From the NCBI GenBank assembly GCA_035559535.1, contig DATMBG010000006.1:124001-161368 (forward strand): a stretch of DNA of 37,368 nt, given 5' to 3'. The DNA is from Candidatus Limnocylindrales bacterium (GTDB lineage: Bacteria; Moduliflexota; Moduliflexia; Moduliflexales; JAUQPW01). The position numbers were made by a program, and so were the translations under genes. The notes beneath the pieces are model-generated. The model did not search any database. It had not been told where the DNA came from and was given only the letters and a program-made list of their open reading frames with translations. Shown here in pieces: positions 9,019 to 17,310 of this stretch (the stretch's first letter is position 1; each line of letters opens with the position of its first letter).

Positions 9019-10545
9019 CTATTTACCCTTTATTCCCTCCCAATGTTGGGCTCTTCCATAAATCCATGTCATTTCCAGAAGTTTCTTTTTTATGGCAGGT
9101 GTAAGTTGTTCTGGCAAAAACCTCCACATCCAATTCCCTCTGGAAGTTGCCGGAAGGTTCATTCTGGCTTCTTCTCCTAAGCCTAGAATATCTTGCAAAG
9201 GAATGATGGCAATTTTCGCAACGGACATAAGTGCCAACCTGACAAATTCCCAATGAACTTCCTCTTCTGAGACCTCTCGTCCTATGTATTTACAAAATCT
9301 TTCCCTGTCTTCCGGAGTGGATTCATTCTGAAACCAGCCTCTCGCCGTGTTATTGTCATGGGTTCCTGTATACACAACGCAATTTTTTACATGATTATGA
9401 GGGGCATGGACGCTGGTCGGAAGATCTTCTCCAAAGGCAAAAACAAGGACCTTCATACCGGGAAATCCAAAGAGCTCCATTATTTCTATGACCTCCGGAG
9501 TGATTACCCCCAGGTCTTCAGCAATAATAGGAAGATTTACAAAATGCCGGGATAGCGTACTGAAAAAGTCCTTGACGGATACTTCAATCCATTGCCCTTT
9601 TACTGCAGTTTTCTCGGTTGCCGGAACTTCCCAGTAGGCGACAAATCCCCTAAAATGGTCCAATCGGATCTGGTCAAAAAATTTCAAGTTGTGCCCAATA
9701 CGCTTAATCCACCAGGCATAACGGGTTTCCCTCAAAACATCCCACCTGTAAACGGGATTTCCCCAGAGCTGACCGGTTTCACTGAAGTAATCCGGAGGTA
9801 CCCCGGCTACAAAAGCCGGTTTTTTTTCTTCATTAAGCTTAAATAGCTGAGGATTTGCCCACACATCGGCACTGTCATAACTTACATAAATGGGTAAGTC
9901 CCCTATAATCCGGATATTTTTACTCCGACAATAATCTTTAAGGGAATACCATTGTTTAAAAAACAGATACTGGAAAAACTTTTCCCTCCGAATCCTATCC
10001 GCCAGTCGGGTTTTCCATTCCTTAATAGCCTCTTCTCTTCTATCCCTTAAATCTTCCGGCCATTGACCCCAAACAACCCCTTTGAATTCCTCCTTGAGGG
10101 CTGCAAATAAGGCATAATCCTCTAACCAGGAGGAGTTTTCCGTGCAGAAATCCTCAAATTCATCTTCTTTTCCTATCCGGCTCTTGGACTTCTCATAAGT
10201 TAAATGAAGAATTTTTCTTTTGTACTCTGTAACCGCTTCATAATCTACCTTCTCCCTGGGAAAGGAAGGATGATCTTCTACTTCAGATTTCAAAAGAAGT
10301 CCTTCCTCTACCAGAAGGTCAGGACTGATGAGGATCGGGTTTCCGGCAAACGCCGAATAACTACTGTAGGGAGAGTTTCCAAGGGCCGGGTCGGTCGGAT
10401 TTAGGGGAAGAATCTGCCATAAACTTTGATCGGTTTCCGTAAGAAAATTTACAAATCTGTAGGCCTCCGGCCCCAGATCTCCTATACCATAGGGGGATGG
10501 AAGGGAAGTAATGTGAAGAAGAATTCCACTTTCTCTTTCCTTCAT
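9019..10545 (-). CDS. malQ: 4-alpha-glucanotransferase (amylomaltase, GH77)
   Basis: GILLHITSLPS, GVPPDYFSETGQLWGNP, RLDHFRGF, AEDLG, YTGTHDNNT, RMNLP...GNWMWR. Confidence 0.96.
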   Translation of the reverse strand: MKERESGILLHITSLPSPYGIGDLGPEAYRFVNFLTETDQSLWQILPLNPTDPALGNSPYSSYSAFAGNPILISPDLLVEEGLLLKSEVEDHPSFPREKVDYEAVTEYKRKILHLTYEKSKSRIGKEDEFEDFCTENSSWLEDYALFAALKEEFKGVVWGQWPEDLRDRREEAIKEWKTRLADRIRREKFFQYLFFKQWYSLKDYCRSKNIRIIGDLPIYVSYDSADVWANPQLFKLNEEKKPAFVAGVPPDYFSETGQLWGNPVYRWDVLRETRYAWWIKRIGHNLKFFDQIRLDHFRGFVAYWEVPATEKTAVKGQWIEVSVKDFFSTLSRHFVNLPIIAEDLGVITPEVIEIMELFGFPGMKVLVFAFGEDLPTSVHAPHNHVKNCVVYTGTHDNNTARGWFQNESTPEDRERFCKYIGREVSEEEVHWEFVRLALMSVAKIAIIPLQDILGLGEEARMNLPATSRGNWMWRFLPEQLTPAIKKKLLEMTWIYGRAQHWEGIKGK

Positions 10546-10745
10546 GTTTTTTACTGTCTTCTAAGGCCAGGCTTGAAATGTGGACCTGTTAAGAGCAAAA
10601 TAACGCCCTGCCCCACAGCCAGCAAGCCGTTATTTGCTTCCGCAAATTAACAATCTGTTTGCTTATCCGGGGCGTAATACCAAATCTGATAAAAAATGTT
10701 GTATTCAAAACGTACGATTTCCTGAATAACCGATCCTAATCTGGG

Positions 10746-10835
10746 CCATGGAGACATAAGGACCTGGGGATTTTGGGACTGAGAGACGCGGGAGTACCAA
10801 CGCAAGGCCTTGCGTTTTTGCCCCAAAACTCCCCG
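10746..10835. repeat. REP-like palindromic element
   Basis: Perfect 18-bp palindrome AACGCAAGGCCTTGCGTT at 10799..10816, flanked by complementary GGGGATTTTGGG / CCCCAAAACTCCCC arms. Confidence 0.55.
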
Positions 10836-10912
10836 TCTCCGTGCCTTTCTGTCACCGTATCTCAAAAGGGAGTCCTTCCTGGGGGAAGGTTTAAAAACTC
10901 CAAACGTGTAGG

Positions 10913-11791
10913 CTAATGAGGAATTCCCCTCGATACCTTCTCGGTTCTGGCTTGGGATAACTGTTCCATGGACTCTTTTTGAGTAGCTTCCCAAACCTTT
11001 GTTAATTGCTCAAATTCTGCTAAACCAGGGTAAATAAAAACCATCAAAGCACTGGATGCCATGATGGTACAATTCCGGCGACCCTGACCTCGAGGCGTAC
11101 AATCTCTGACATGTTTGGTTCCTAAGGCATGGTAAAACTCGTGCTTTGCCATAGCCTGCAGGGTGAGCGTAACCTTATCGATGGGTGATTCGAACTGGAG
11201 TTCTTGCCGATCCCGTCCGGCAATATGAATGCTGCGATTAAAGTCGGCGTAGTATTGAGGATGCGCAATTAAGCATTCGACATGTTCAAAATCCTTGTCT
11301 ACATACTCCGGATCAAAATCTAAAGCATGCCCTTTTCCATCGATAACAAAGGTAATTCCCCCATAGGAACGGGAGAGAACTCGAGGATCCAAAGCAGTAT
11401 TGGTCTGTTTATACTGTTTTAAATAGTTGGAATCTTCATAAATGCCGAACCAGATCGCACCCTCTTCAGGCTGTGAAACGATTCTGAATTCCGGAATAGG
11501 GAGCATAAAAATCTCCAACTGTAAATCATGTAAAACCCTCTGAAGGATCTCCGAAAGGTCGATTGGGTAGGTGGTGCTGCCTATAAGAATGGGAATTCGA
11601 GTTTCTCCAAACCTGTACACCGGGATATAACCCTTCTCCAGCCATTTCAGAAATCGGCCTTGTTCTGATCGCTGCAAAGACTTATCTTGAATAACTTCAC
11701 TGGATACAGAAACCTTTTGTTGGGCCATTGCCGGACTTATCCAGAGAAGCAGGACGAAAACCAATGGTATAAGAAGTCGTATAAACTGCAT
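10913..11791 (-). CDS. Secreted zinc metalloprotease (metzincin/matrixin-like)
   Basis: Signal peptide (..PAMA|QQ), extended zinc motif HEFYHALGTKH, and a Met-turn-like CTIMAS downstream. Confidence 0.75.
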   Translation of the reverse strand: MQFIRLLIPLVFVLLLWISPAMAQQKVSVSSEVIQDKSLQRSEQGRFLKWLEKGYIPVYRFGETRIPILIGSTTYPIDLSEILQRVLHDLQLEIFMLPIPEFRIVSQPEEGAIWFGIYEDSNYLKQYKQTNTALDPRVLSRSYGGITFVIDGKGHALDFDPEYVDKDFEHVECLIAHPQYYADFNRSIHIAGRDRQELQFESPIDKVTLTLQAMAKHEFYHALGTKHVRDCTPRGQGRRNCTIMASSALMVFIYPGLAEFEQLTKVWEATQKESMEQLSQARTEKVSRGIPH

Positions 11792-11975
11792 CTTCTCATG
11801 AGGATAGAGGGTAATTCTAATTGAAACGTAGAGATCATTTCAGAGATTATATTACCCGCCGAACCCTATCCTTCCCCTCTCTAAGTTTTAATTTTTACCT
11901 CTTAGAGGTCAACTCCTGTTGAAATATTTTAAGCTATCAAACGAGATGTTCGACCTACTTGTCTATATTTCTCCT

Positions 11976-11992
11976 AGCATAAACCCTGCCAA
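11976..11992 (-). promoter_or_regulatory. sigma54 (-24/-12) promoter
   Basis: Minus strand TTGGCAGGGTTTATGCT (GG-N10-GC), oriented toward the metalloprotease. Confidence 0.6.
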
Positions 11993-12547
11993 TTCCTGTT
12001 TCCTTGTTTTCTATTTACTGAAATATAAAACGAAGTAAAGGTTATCTCAAGGATTTTCATTCTTTTAAGATCCTCTTCTGAATATTTCTGAAGAGGTTGA
12101 ACCAAACCCCCGGGCCGAATATCTGTAGCATTAAGCGAAGAACCCATGGTAAAGATGGAGGATTTTTAGCTTTGTGAGAACCTGTCCTGAACCCTTCCGT
12201 TGCCTGATATTTCGGCAAGGGAAAGTCATTCCGCTTCCCCTAAAAGCAGTTCTTGAGTTCCAAAAAAACTTTAAGGAGAAAATAATGATTAACATTTATT
12301 AATTTCTACTTGCAAATTTTATTAACCTTTGTTAATTACAATACCATGTCAACAACAAAGGTGCAACGGATGGCTTTAGGCTACTTTTCAGAGGGACGGT
12401 TTCCCAAGGAGGAAAGTAACCCCACCTAAGACCCTGAGATCCCATTGATGAGATTCATGGAACAGGATTTACAGGATTTTCTTTCGATTACCTTCCGAGA
12501 TCTTGTAAATTCCGTCTATTTCCATTCCGTGGAGTTTGTTCCAGTTT

Positions 12548-13372
12548 ATGTCGACTAATACCAGGCTCATGTTCCTTGCCAGTGAAAGGTTTGAGAAAGG
12601 TAATACCCTTCGAGGGGCTTTTTTGGTAACAGATGATAAAACCATACCTCTAGAGTTTCGATGTACTCAGCCTGTTCAACCAACCGATCTTCAAAAAATA
12701 TTGTACGGGCATATCTTGGAGCAGTATGTATTGATTGAATTACTGGCCATGCCGTTAATTCAGGCCGCCCGGGAAAAACCGGATTTGATTTTAGTTCGAA
12801 ATCCATTTTTCCTGGAACTTCGCCCTAAAATCGAGATCCCTGTTCTATGCCTTCTTAAAGAGACAGAAGGCCGAAGGCATAAAAATATCGAAACCCGACT
12901 GCTTCTCGACCGACGGGATCGGATGGATATCATCTTAACGACAGCAGGACCAAGTAAGGAGGCTGTCATTCAGGCTTTATCTAAAATCCAGGGACTTAAG
13001 TTTCAACCCCATCAAATTATAGGGCATCTTCCTTATACAATTGGAAAAAATGTCTCCAAAGAAACGGCCCAGAAGATTCGTATTCTTCTTGAAAAGGCTG
13101 GAGCGACGGTAAAGCTGACCCCCTCTATTCAAAAGACCACATTTTCTACACAGATTATTCAGGACGACCAGATTCTTCATTCCGAGTCCGGTCGGTTTGA
13201 GTCTCTCATCTTAATAACCCATCGGGATTTTGCCGATGAACGAAGTCAACAGCGGATTATTCTCAACCAGATATTTAAACAATACAACTTAATTGAACCC
13301 TTTGATCGTATTGCAGCGGCGCTGAAACAAGTTCATGCACAAAATTTGGATACAAGATCCCTCTCTATCTAA
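12548..13372 (+). CDS. Uncharacterised protein with an inserted ribosomal L7/L12 C-terminal-like domain
   Basis: N-terminal LVTDDKTIPLEFRCTQPVQP...ILYG and C-terminal LIEPFDRIAAAL flank a segment (12923..13117) that aligns by eye with the L7/L12 CTD. Start placed at ATG 12548; the ORF track uses TTG 12536. Confidence 0.75.
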   Translation: MSTNTRLMFLASERFEKGNTLRGAFLVTDDKTIPLEFRCTQPVQPTDLQKILYGHILEQYVLIELLAMPLIQAAREKPDLILVRNPFFLELRPKIEIPVLCLLKETEGRRHKNIETRLLLDRRDRMDIILTTAGPSKEAVIQALSKIQGLKFQPHQIIGHLPYTIGKNVSKETAQKIRILLEKAGATVKLTPSIQKTTFSTQIIQDDQILHSESGRFESLILITHRDFADERSQQRIILNQIFKQYNLIEPFDRIAAALKQVHAQNLDTRSLSI

Positions 13373-15104
13373 ACCCGACATTTCCGACGATCTGACCCCA
13401 CCGTGGAGGGTAACTTTATCCCCCATTGAGTTACGGGTTATAGAATGTCGGGGAGATGAGGCCTCCTCGGTAGTAGGCCATACTCTGGAGGTAAGGAACT
13501 CCTTACTCCCGGTTTATGGTTCATTATCCTTTATCCACTTCTCCCCTCTCCAACCTCCTGGAATACAAGGAAAAATATTTTATGGGGAGGCTTCTCTTCA
13601 AGAAGAAACTACTTCTGGAACGAGGCTTCCTATTCGTCCTTCTAAAACGGAGGGGTTGCCTGTTCGATCTTTACAAAGAAGTAAAAATATCTCGTGGGAC
13701 CTCATTTATTCTCTGTTAACCCCATCCGGCAGTCTCAGCCTTCCCGGAGAACTTTATTCCTATCAGCGGATAGGAGTAGAGTTTTTAATCTCTCACCCGG
13801 AGGCTCTATTAGCCGATGAAATGGGAACAGGCAAGACCGTTATGACAACGGTTGCCATTAAAATTTTATTTCAACAGAATAAAATCCGAAAAGCCCTGAT
13901 TGTTTGTCCACTCAGTATGGTAGGAGTTTGGGAAGAACACCTAGATAAATGGGCACCGGGTTTATCTTTGTTAACAATGCGAGGGGGGCGAGAAACCCGT
14001 AAATGGATCTGGGAATGTCCTGTCCAGATTTTGTTGACAACCTTTGATACCTTACGAAGTGACCTGCTGGATGAAGATTCTTTTATAAGCCGGGATATGT
14101 TAAAGGAGATTGATTTGGTAGTGGTGGATGAGGCACAAAATATCAAAAATTCTTCCAGTGGGCGAAGCCAGGCGGTAAAAAAAATTCCTGCGCGGTGGCG
14201 TTGGGCATTGACCGGAACGCCTTTAGAAAATCGATTGGAGGATTTAAGTTCGATATTTGAATTTGTTAAGCCCAATTGTCTACCTCAGAATGGATTAACT
14301 CCAAAGTTGGCCCAGCAACTCGTTAAACCGTATTTATTAAGGCGGCTTAAACGAGATGTTATGAAGGATCTTCCTCCTAAAATTAAGCAAGACACCTGGC
14401 TGGAATTAGATGCCTTCCAGCGTCGAGCTTATCAAAGGGCCCTTTATCAAGGCCAACATCATCTTGAACGGATGGGTCGAAAGGGTTCTACTTCTCCACT
14501 ACGGGCTCATATCTTTGCCATTATTCAGACCCTTAAACAGATTTGTAATTTTGCCCCAGGAAAAGCCACCAGTCCTAAAACAGAAGCCCTCATAGAGTTG
14601 GTTGAAAAAATCCTTGCCAATGGAAAGAAAGTACTTGTTTTCTCCCAGTATCAGGAAGAGGGTGTTTACAAATTAGCAAAAGCCCTTGAAGCCTATGGGG
14701 TTGTGATATATACGGGAACAATGTCCGAACGAGAGCGTCAAAGTGCAATAGCTACTTTTCGTCGCAGCCCGAATAAATCGATCTTCCTGGCCTCCGTACG
14801 ATCTGCCGGGGTTGGATTGACGCTGACGGAGGCTAATTATGTTGTTCACTTTGATCACTGGTGGAATCCGGCCCTCATGTGGCAGGCAGAAGATCGGGCT
14901 CACCGAAGAGGACAAACCGAACCCGTTCATATCTACCATCTCTGGATGCGAAATACGATTGAAATGCAGATTTATAATAAACTGAAAGAAAAGGGACTAC
15001 TTTTTCAGGAAGTCATGGAGGATCTTTCATCGGAAGTTGTGGAAAATTCCATTACAACCGAAGAATGGTTAGAAATGCTGGGTCTAAAATCCCTTTCCCG
15101 ATAG
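13335..15104 (+). CDS. SNF2-family DEAD/DEAH-box helicase-like ATPase
   Basis: YQ Q-motif, LADEMGTGKT, DEAQNIKN, LTGTPLEN, LLRRLKRDV, LVFSQY, GVGLTLTEA, DHWWNPA, QAEDRAHRRGQ. Confidence 0.93.
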   Translation: MHKIWIQDPSLSKPDISDDLTPPWRVTLSPIELRVIECRGDEASSVVGHTLEVRNSLLPVYGSLSFIHFSPLQPPGIQGKIFYGEASLQEETTSGTRLPIRPSKTEGLPVRSLQRSKNISWDLIYSLLTPSGSLSLPGELYSYQRIGVEFLISHPEALLADEMGTGKTVMTTVAIKILFQQNKIRKALIVCPLSMVGVWEEHLDKWAPGLSLLTMRGGRETRKWIWECPVQILLTTFDTLRSDLLDEDSFISRDMLKEIDLVVVDEAQNIKNSSSGRSQAVKKIPARWRWALTGTPLENRLEDLSSIFEFVKPNCLPQNGLTPKLAQQLVKPYLLRRLKRDVMKDLPPKIKQDTWLELDAFQRRAYQRALYQGQHHLERMGRKGSTSPLRAHIFAIIQTLKQICNFAPGKATSPKTEALIELVEKILANGKKVLVFSQYQEEGVYKLAKALEAYGVVIYTGTMSERERQSAIATFRRSPNKSIFLASVRSAGVGLTLTEANYVVHFDHWWNPALMWQAEDRAHRRGQTEPVHIYHLWMRNTIEMQIYNKLKEKGLLFQEVMEDLSSEVVENSITTEEWLEMLGLKSLSR

Positions 15105-15144
15105 CCTTCCTCACCTTCGCATTTTCTCTTAAGTTATTGATTTA

Positions 15145-15211
15145 TCCACACTTCCAACCCCTCCATACTTCCATACTCCCACACCCCCCTACTTCCATAC
15201 TCCCATACTTC
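15145..15211. repeat. Degenerate 8-mer tandem repeat (TTCCATAC/TCCCACAC)
   Basis: About 8 degenerate copies of the same unit seen at 4161..4325. Confidence 0.65.
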
Positions 15212-15305
15212 GACCTTCTTCGTGGATAAAATAGAATGAATTCGGGATTGACAGGAAGGATAAAAGGTTAATTGTAATAAGAAGGGGAAGGGAGGTGAGT
15301 GAAGA

Positions 15306-15539
15306 ATGGCTAAAAAAGTGGTAGTTTATCATTCAACCGGTTGAAGACCCTGTCATCAGGCGATGGAGTATCTATCGCAGAAAGGGGTAGCCTTTACCGA
15401 AAAAAATGTAAGTGAAGATCCCCAGGCTTTGGAGGAATTATTCCAGCTTGGAAGCCAGGGAACTCCGACGATTCTTATCGATGGAGACATGATCATTGGA
15501 TTCAACCGGGCCAGGATTGATGAATTACTGAGCAAATAG
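15306..15539 (+). CDS. Glutaredoxin/NrdH-like selenoprotein (UxxC), 77 aa
   Basis: Strong SD GGAGGTGA. Translation MAKKVVVYHSTG-U-RPCHQAMEYLSQKGVAFTEKNVSEDPQALEELFQLGSQGTPTILIDGDMIIGFNRARIDELLSK*. The in-frame TGA (15342..15344) sits at the first Cys position of the CxxC motif, and a SECIS-like hairpin follows. Confidence 0.85.
15347..15388 (+). promoter_or_regulatory. Putative bacterial SECIS element
   Basis: Stem GCGAUGGA/UCUAUCGC (15360..15378, one G-U pair) with apical loop GUA starting 23 nt after the UGA; possible lower stem ACCCU/GGGGU. Confidence 0.7.
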
Positions 15540-15576
15540 TTTTACCTGTCCTGGTCGTTTATTGAGGTTTAAGGAA

Positions 15577-15623
15577 AGACCTCCGAGGTTTAGAAAATAA
15601 GGCCCTTCGCACCCCGGAGGTCT
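15577..15623. terminator. Hairpin between convergent genes (REP-like or terminator)
   Basis: AGACCTCCGAGGT ... ACCCCGGAGGTCT inverted repeat. Confidence 0.5.
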
Positions 15624-15635
15624 AAGAAGTAATTG

Positions 15636-16418
15636 CTACATCCTCACCGTGATTAGATTTCCGCTTTCATAGCGCCGTAATCCCCTGTAAAAAATCCCAA
15701 TGGCTCCCAGCAAGCTGCCGAATGCAAAAAGTCCGAAATAAAGCAGGCGCCAGGGACTAAATCCATAAAGCATTTGTACCGGCACGGTTCCCAGAAAAGC
15801 GGCAGGGAGAATCGTATAGAGGGTCAGCCGGATAATTCCTTGAAAGATGTCCGCCGGTTTCCTGGCAAATTCCAGTAAAGATGCCAGGGATTCCCAAACG
15901 AGGGTGGATTGACCTAACCAGAATGTGAGGGAATGAAAAATAATTAACCAGCTTAAAAATACGGTGGCTCCCAGGAGACTTCCGATGACCAAAAGAGTAA
16001 GGGAATAGAAGTTAACCGGGACAAATAAGAGGTAGTATCCCAATCCAACCAGGAGACGCCCTATTCTATTGACACTGGTCCCACTGATCAAAAGGTGAGC
16101 CAGCACGTTCTTGGGAAGCGTCAGATAAAAATCTATCCGTCCTTCTCGAATATATTCATTGATATTCCAGATCATTCCTCCAATACCTACATCGACCAGT
16201 CCGTAAATCAAACTGTTAAAGGCTACCAGACTTACCAGTTGTTCAAATTTCCAACCGTTGATATCCTGGGTTACCGTAAAAAACAACCTCCAAAAAAAGA
16301 TATAAATGGACACTTCAACTAAATTTGCAAAAAAGTCTAGAACCACATTGAATCGATATTCTAGATGCGAGTTCAGGTTGATTTTCAGATAAGCCAGGAA
16401 GAGTTTTAAATAGGCCAT
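15636..16418 (-). CDS. ABC-2 family permease (DUF990-like)
   Basis: EYRFN, GWKFEQL, IREGRIDFYLTLP, GLRRYES; hydrophobic. Confidence 0.88.
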   Translation of the reverse strand: MAYLKLFLAYLKINLNSHLEYRFNVVLDFFANLVEVSIYIFFWRLFFTVTQDINGWKFEQLVSLVAFNSLIYGLVDVGIGGMIWNINEYIREGRIDFYLTLPKNVLAHLLISGTSVNRIGRLLVGLGYYLLFVPVNFYSLTLLVIGSLLGATVFLSWLIIFHSLTFWLGQSTLVWESLASLLEFARKPADIFQGIIRLTLYTILPAAFLGTVPVQMLYGFSPWRLLYFGLFAFGSLLGAIGIFYRGLRRYESGNLITVRM

Positions 16419-16483
16419 TTTTTGTTTGCTATTCCCTATAGGTTGTGAAAAAGTATGTACCTGAGTTATCTCTGAACAGAAAA

Positions 16484-17281
16484 TTATCCCCCATTAATAT
16501 CCAATTTCCTGATTGCCTTCCTATATTCTAACAAGAGTAAAGATCCCAAGATAAAAACCCAGAAGATCTGACCTGCCAGGAAGTGAAGGAACAGATCGAA
16601 TTTAAAATGAATAAAGAGTTTGGCCGGGTAGTAGAAGATGGCACTAAAAGGGGTATAGTCGGCCAGAGGTTTCAAAGAATCAGGCCAGGCATCGATAGGA
16701 ATAAGCCCACCTCCCAGAACCAGCATAACCGTATTCAAGACCCATACAAAAACCGTAGCCCGCTCGAGCCAGAACGCGGCTATTCCACATATACACTGCA
16801 GAATAAAATGGATGAGGAACCCCAGGAAGAGAACCGGAAACAATTGCAAAACCCCTCCCAGGGGAGGAACAAAGGATTTGGCGAAAAAGAGGGCCATTAA
16901 CAGGGAAATACTGAAGTTAATGATCAAATTAAGTACAACTTTTCCAGAGCTGATACAGTAGGTATACAGGAGGTAGCTATAGGGTTTATTCAGATAATTG
17001 GTAATATTTCCACTCTGGACATCCTCTTCGATATTAAGCATGAGGGTATAATCAACACTGAAATGAATCACCTGTACGATAAGAAGATACCAGATGAGTT
17101 CCTGTTTATAAATACCTGCCATCTCCTGACGGGTTCCATAGCCGATCAGCCAGAGTTGAACACTTACAAAATAGGCTACCACAATGCTGAGATTTGAGAG
17201 AATAAAATCACCCAGATAGACAAAATGATTTTTTAGCTCAATGCTGAAAATGGCCCAGTATTTAATAAATTTCCTTATCAC
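16484..17281 (-). CDS. ABC-2 family permease (DUF990-like)
   Basis: VQSGNITNYLNKPYS, LGGGLIPIDAWP, C-terminal INGG. Confidence 0.88.
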   Translation of the reverse strand: MIRKFIKYWAIFSIELKNHFVYLGDFILSNLSIVVAYFVSVQLWLIGYGTRQEMAGIYKQELIWYLLIVQVIHFSVDYTLMLNIEEDVQSGNITNYLNKPYSYLLYTYCISSGKVVLNLIINFSISLLMALFFAKSFVPPLGGVLQLFPVLFLGFLIHFILQCICGIAAFWLERATVFVWVLNTVMLVLGGGLIPIDAWPDSLKPLADYTPFSAIFYYPAKLFIHFKFDLFLHFLAGQIFWVFILGSLLLLEYRKAIRKLDINGG

Positions 17282-17310
17282 GGATTTCCCCCTATTCTAG
17301 TCCCTCCCTT

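Noticed and set aside
10594-10609. sigma54 promoter for malQ (AGGGCGTTATTTTGCT, minus strand)
   Set aside because: The -24 element matches poorly and the site is part of a hairpin arm; too weak to call.
10647-10994. 115-aa ORF on the minus strand, and the many short antisense or nested ORFs in the track
   Set aside because: They overlap confident genes or repeat tracts and show no recognisable motifs.
12346-12429. 27-codon ORF or riboswitch upstream of the L12-domain gene
   Set aside because: No SD precedes it. A fold is possible, but it matches no riboswitch consensus I recognise.
12923-13117. Calling this gene rplL
   Set aside because: Only the CTD-like segment is present, embedded in another protein, with no L12 N-terminal domain and no rplJ/rpoB context.
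15342-15344. Genome-wide UGA reassignment (code 4 or 25)
   Set aside because: TGA ends treS, anmK and other genes at expected positions, and the long CDSs contain no internal TGA.
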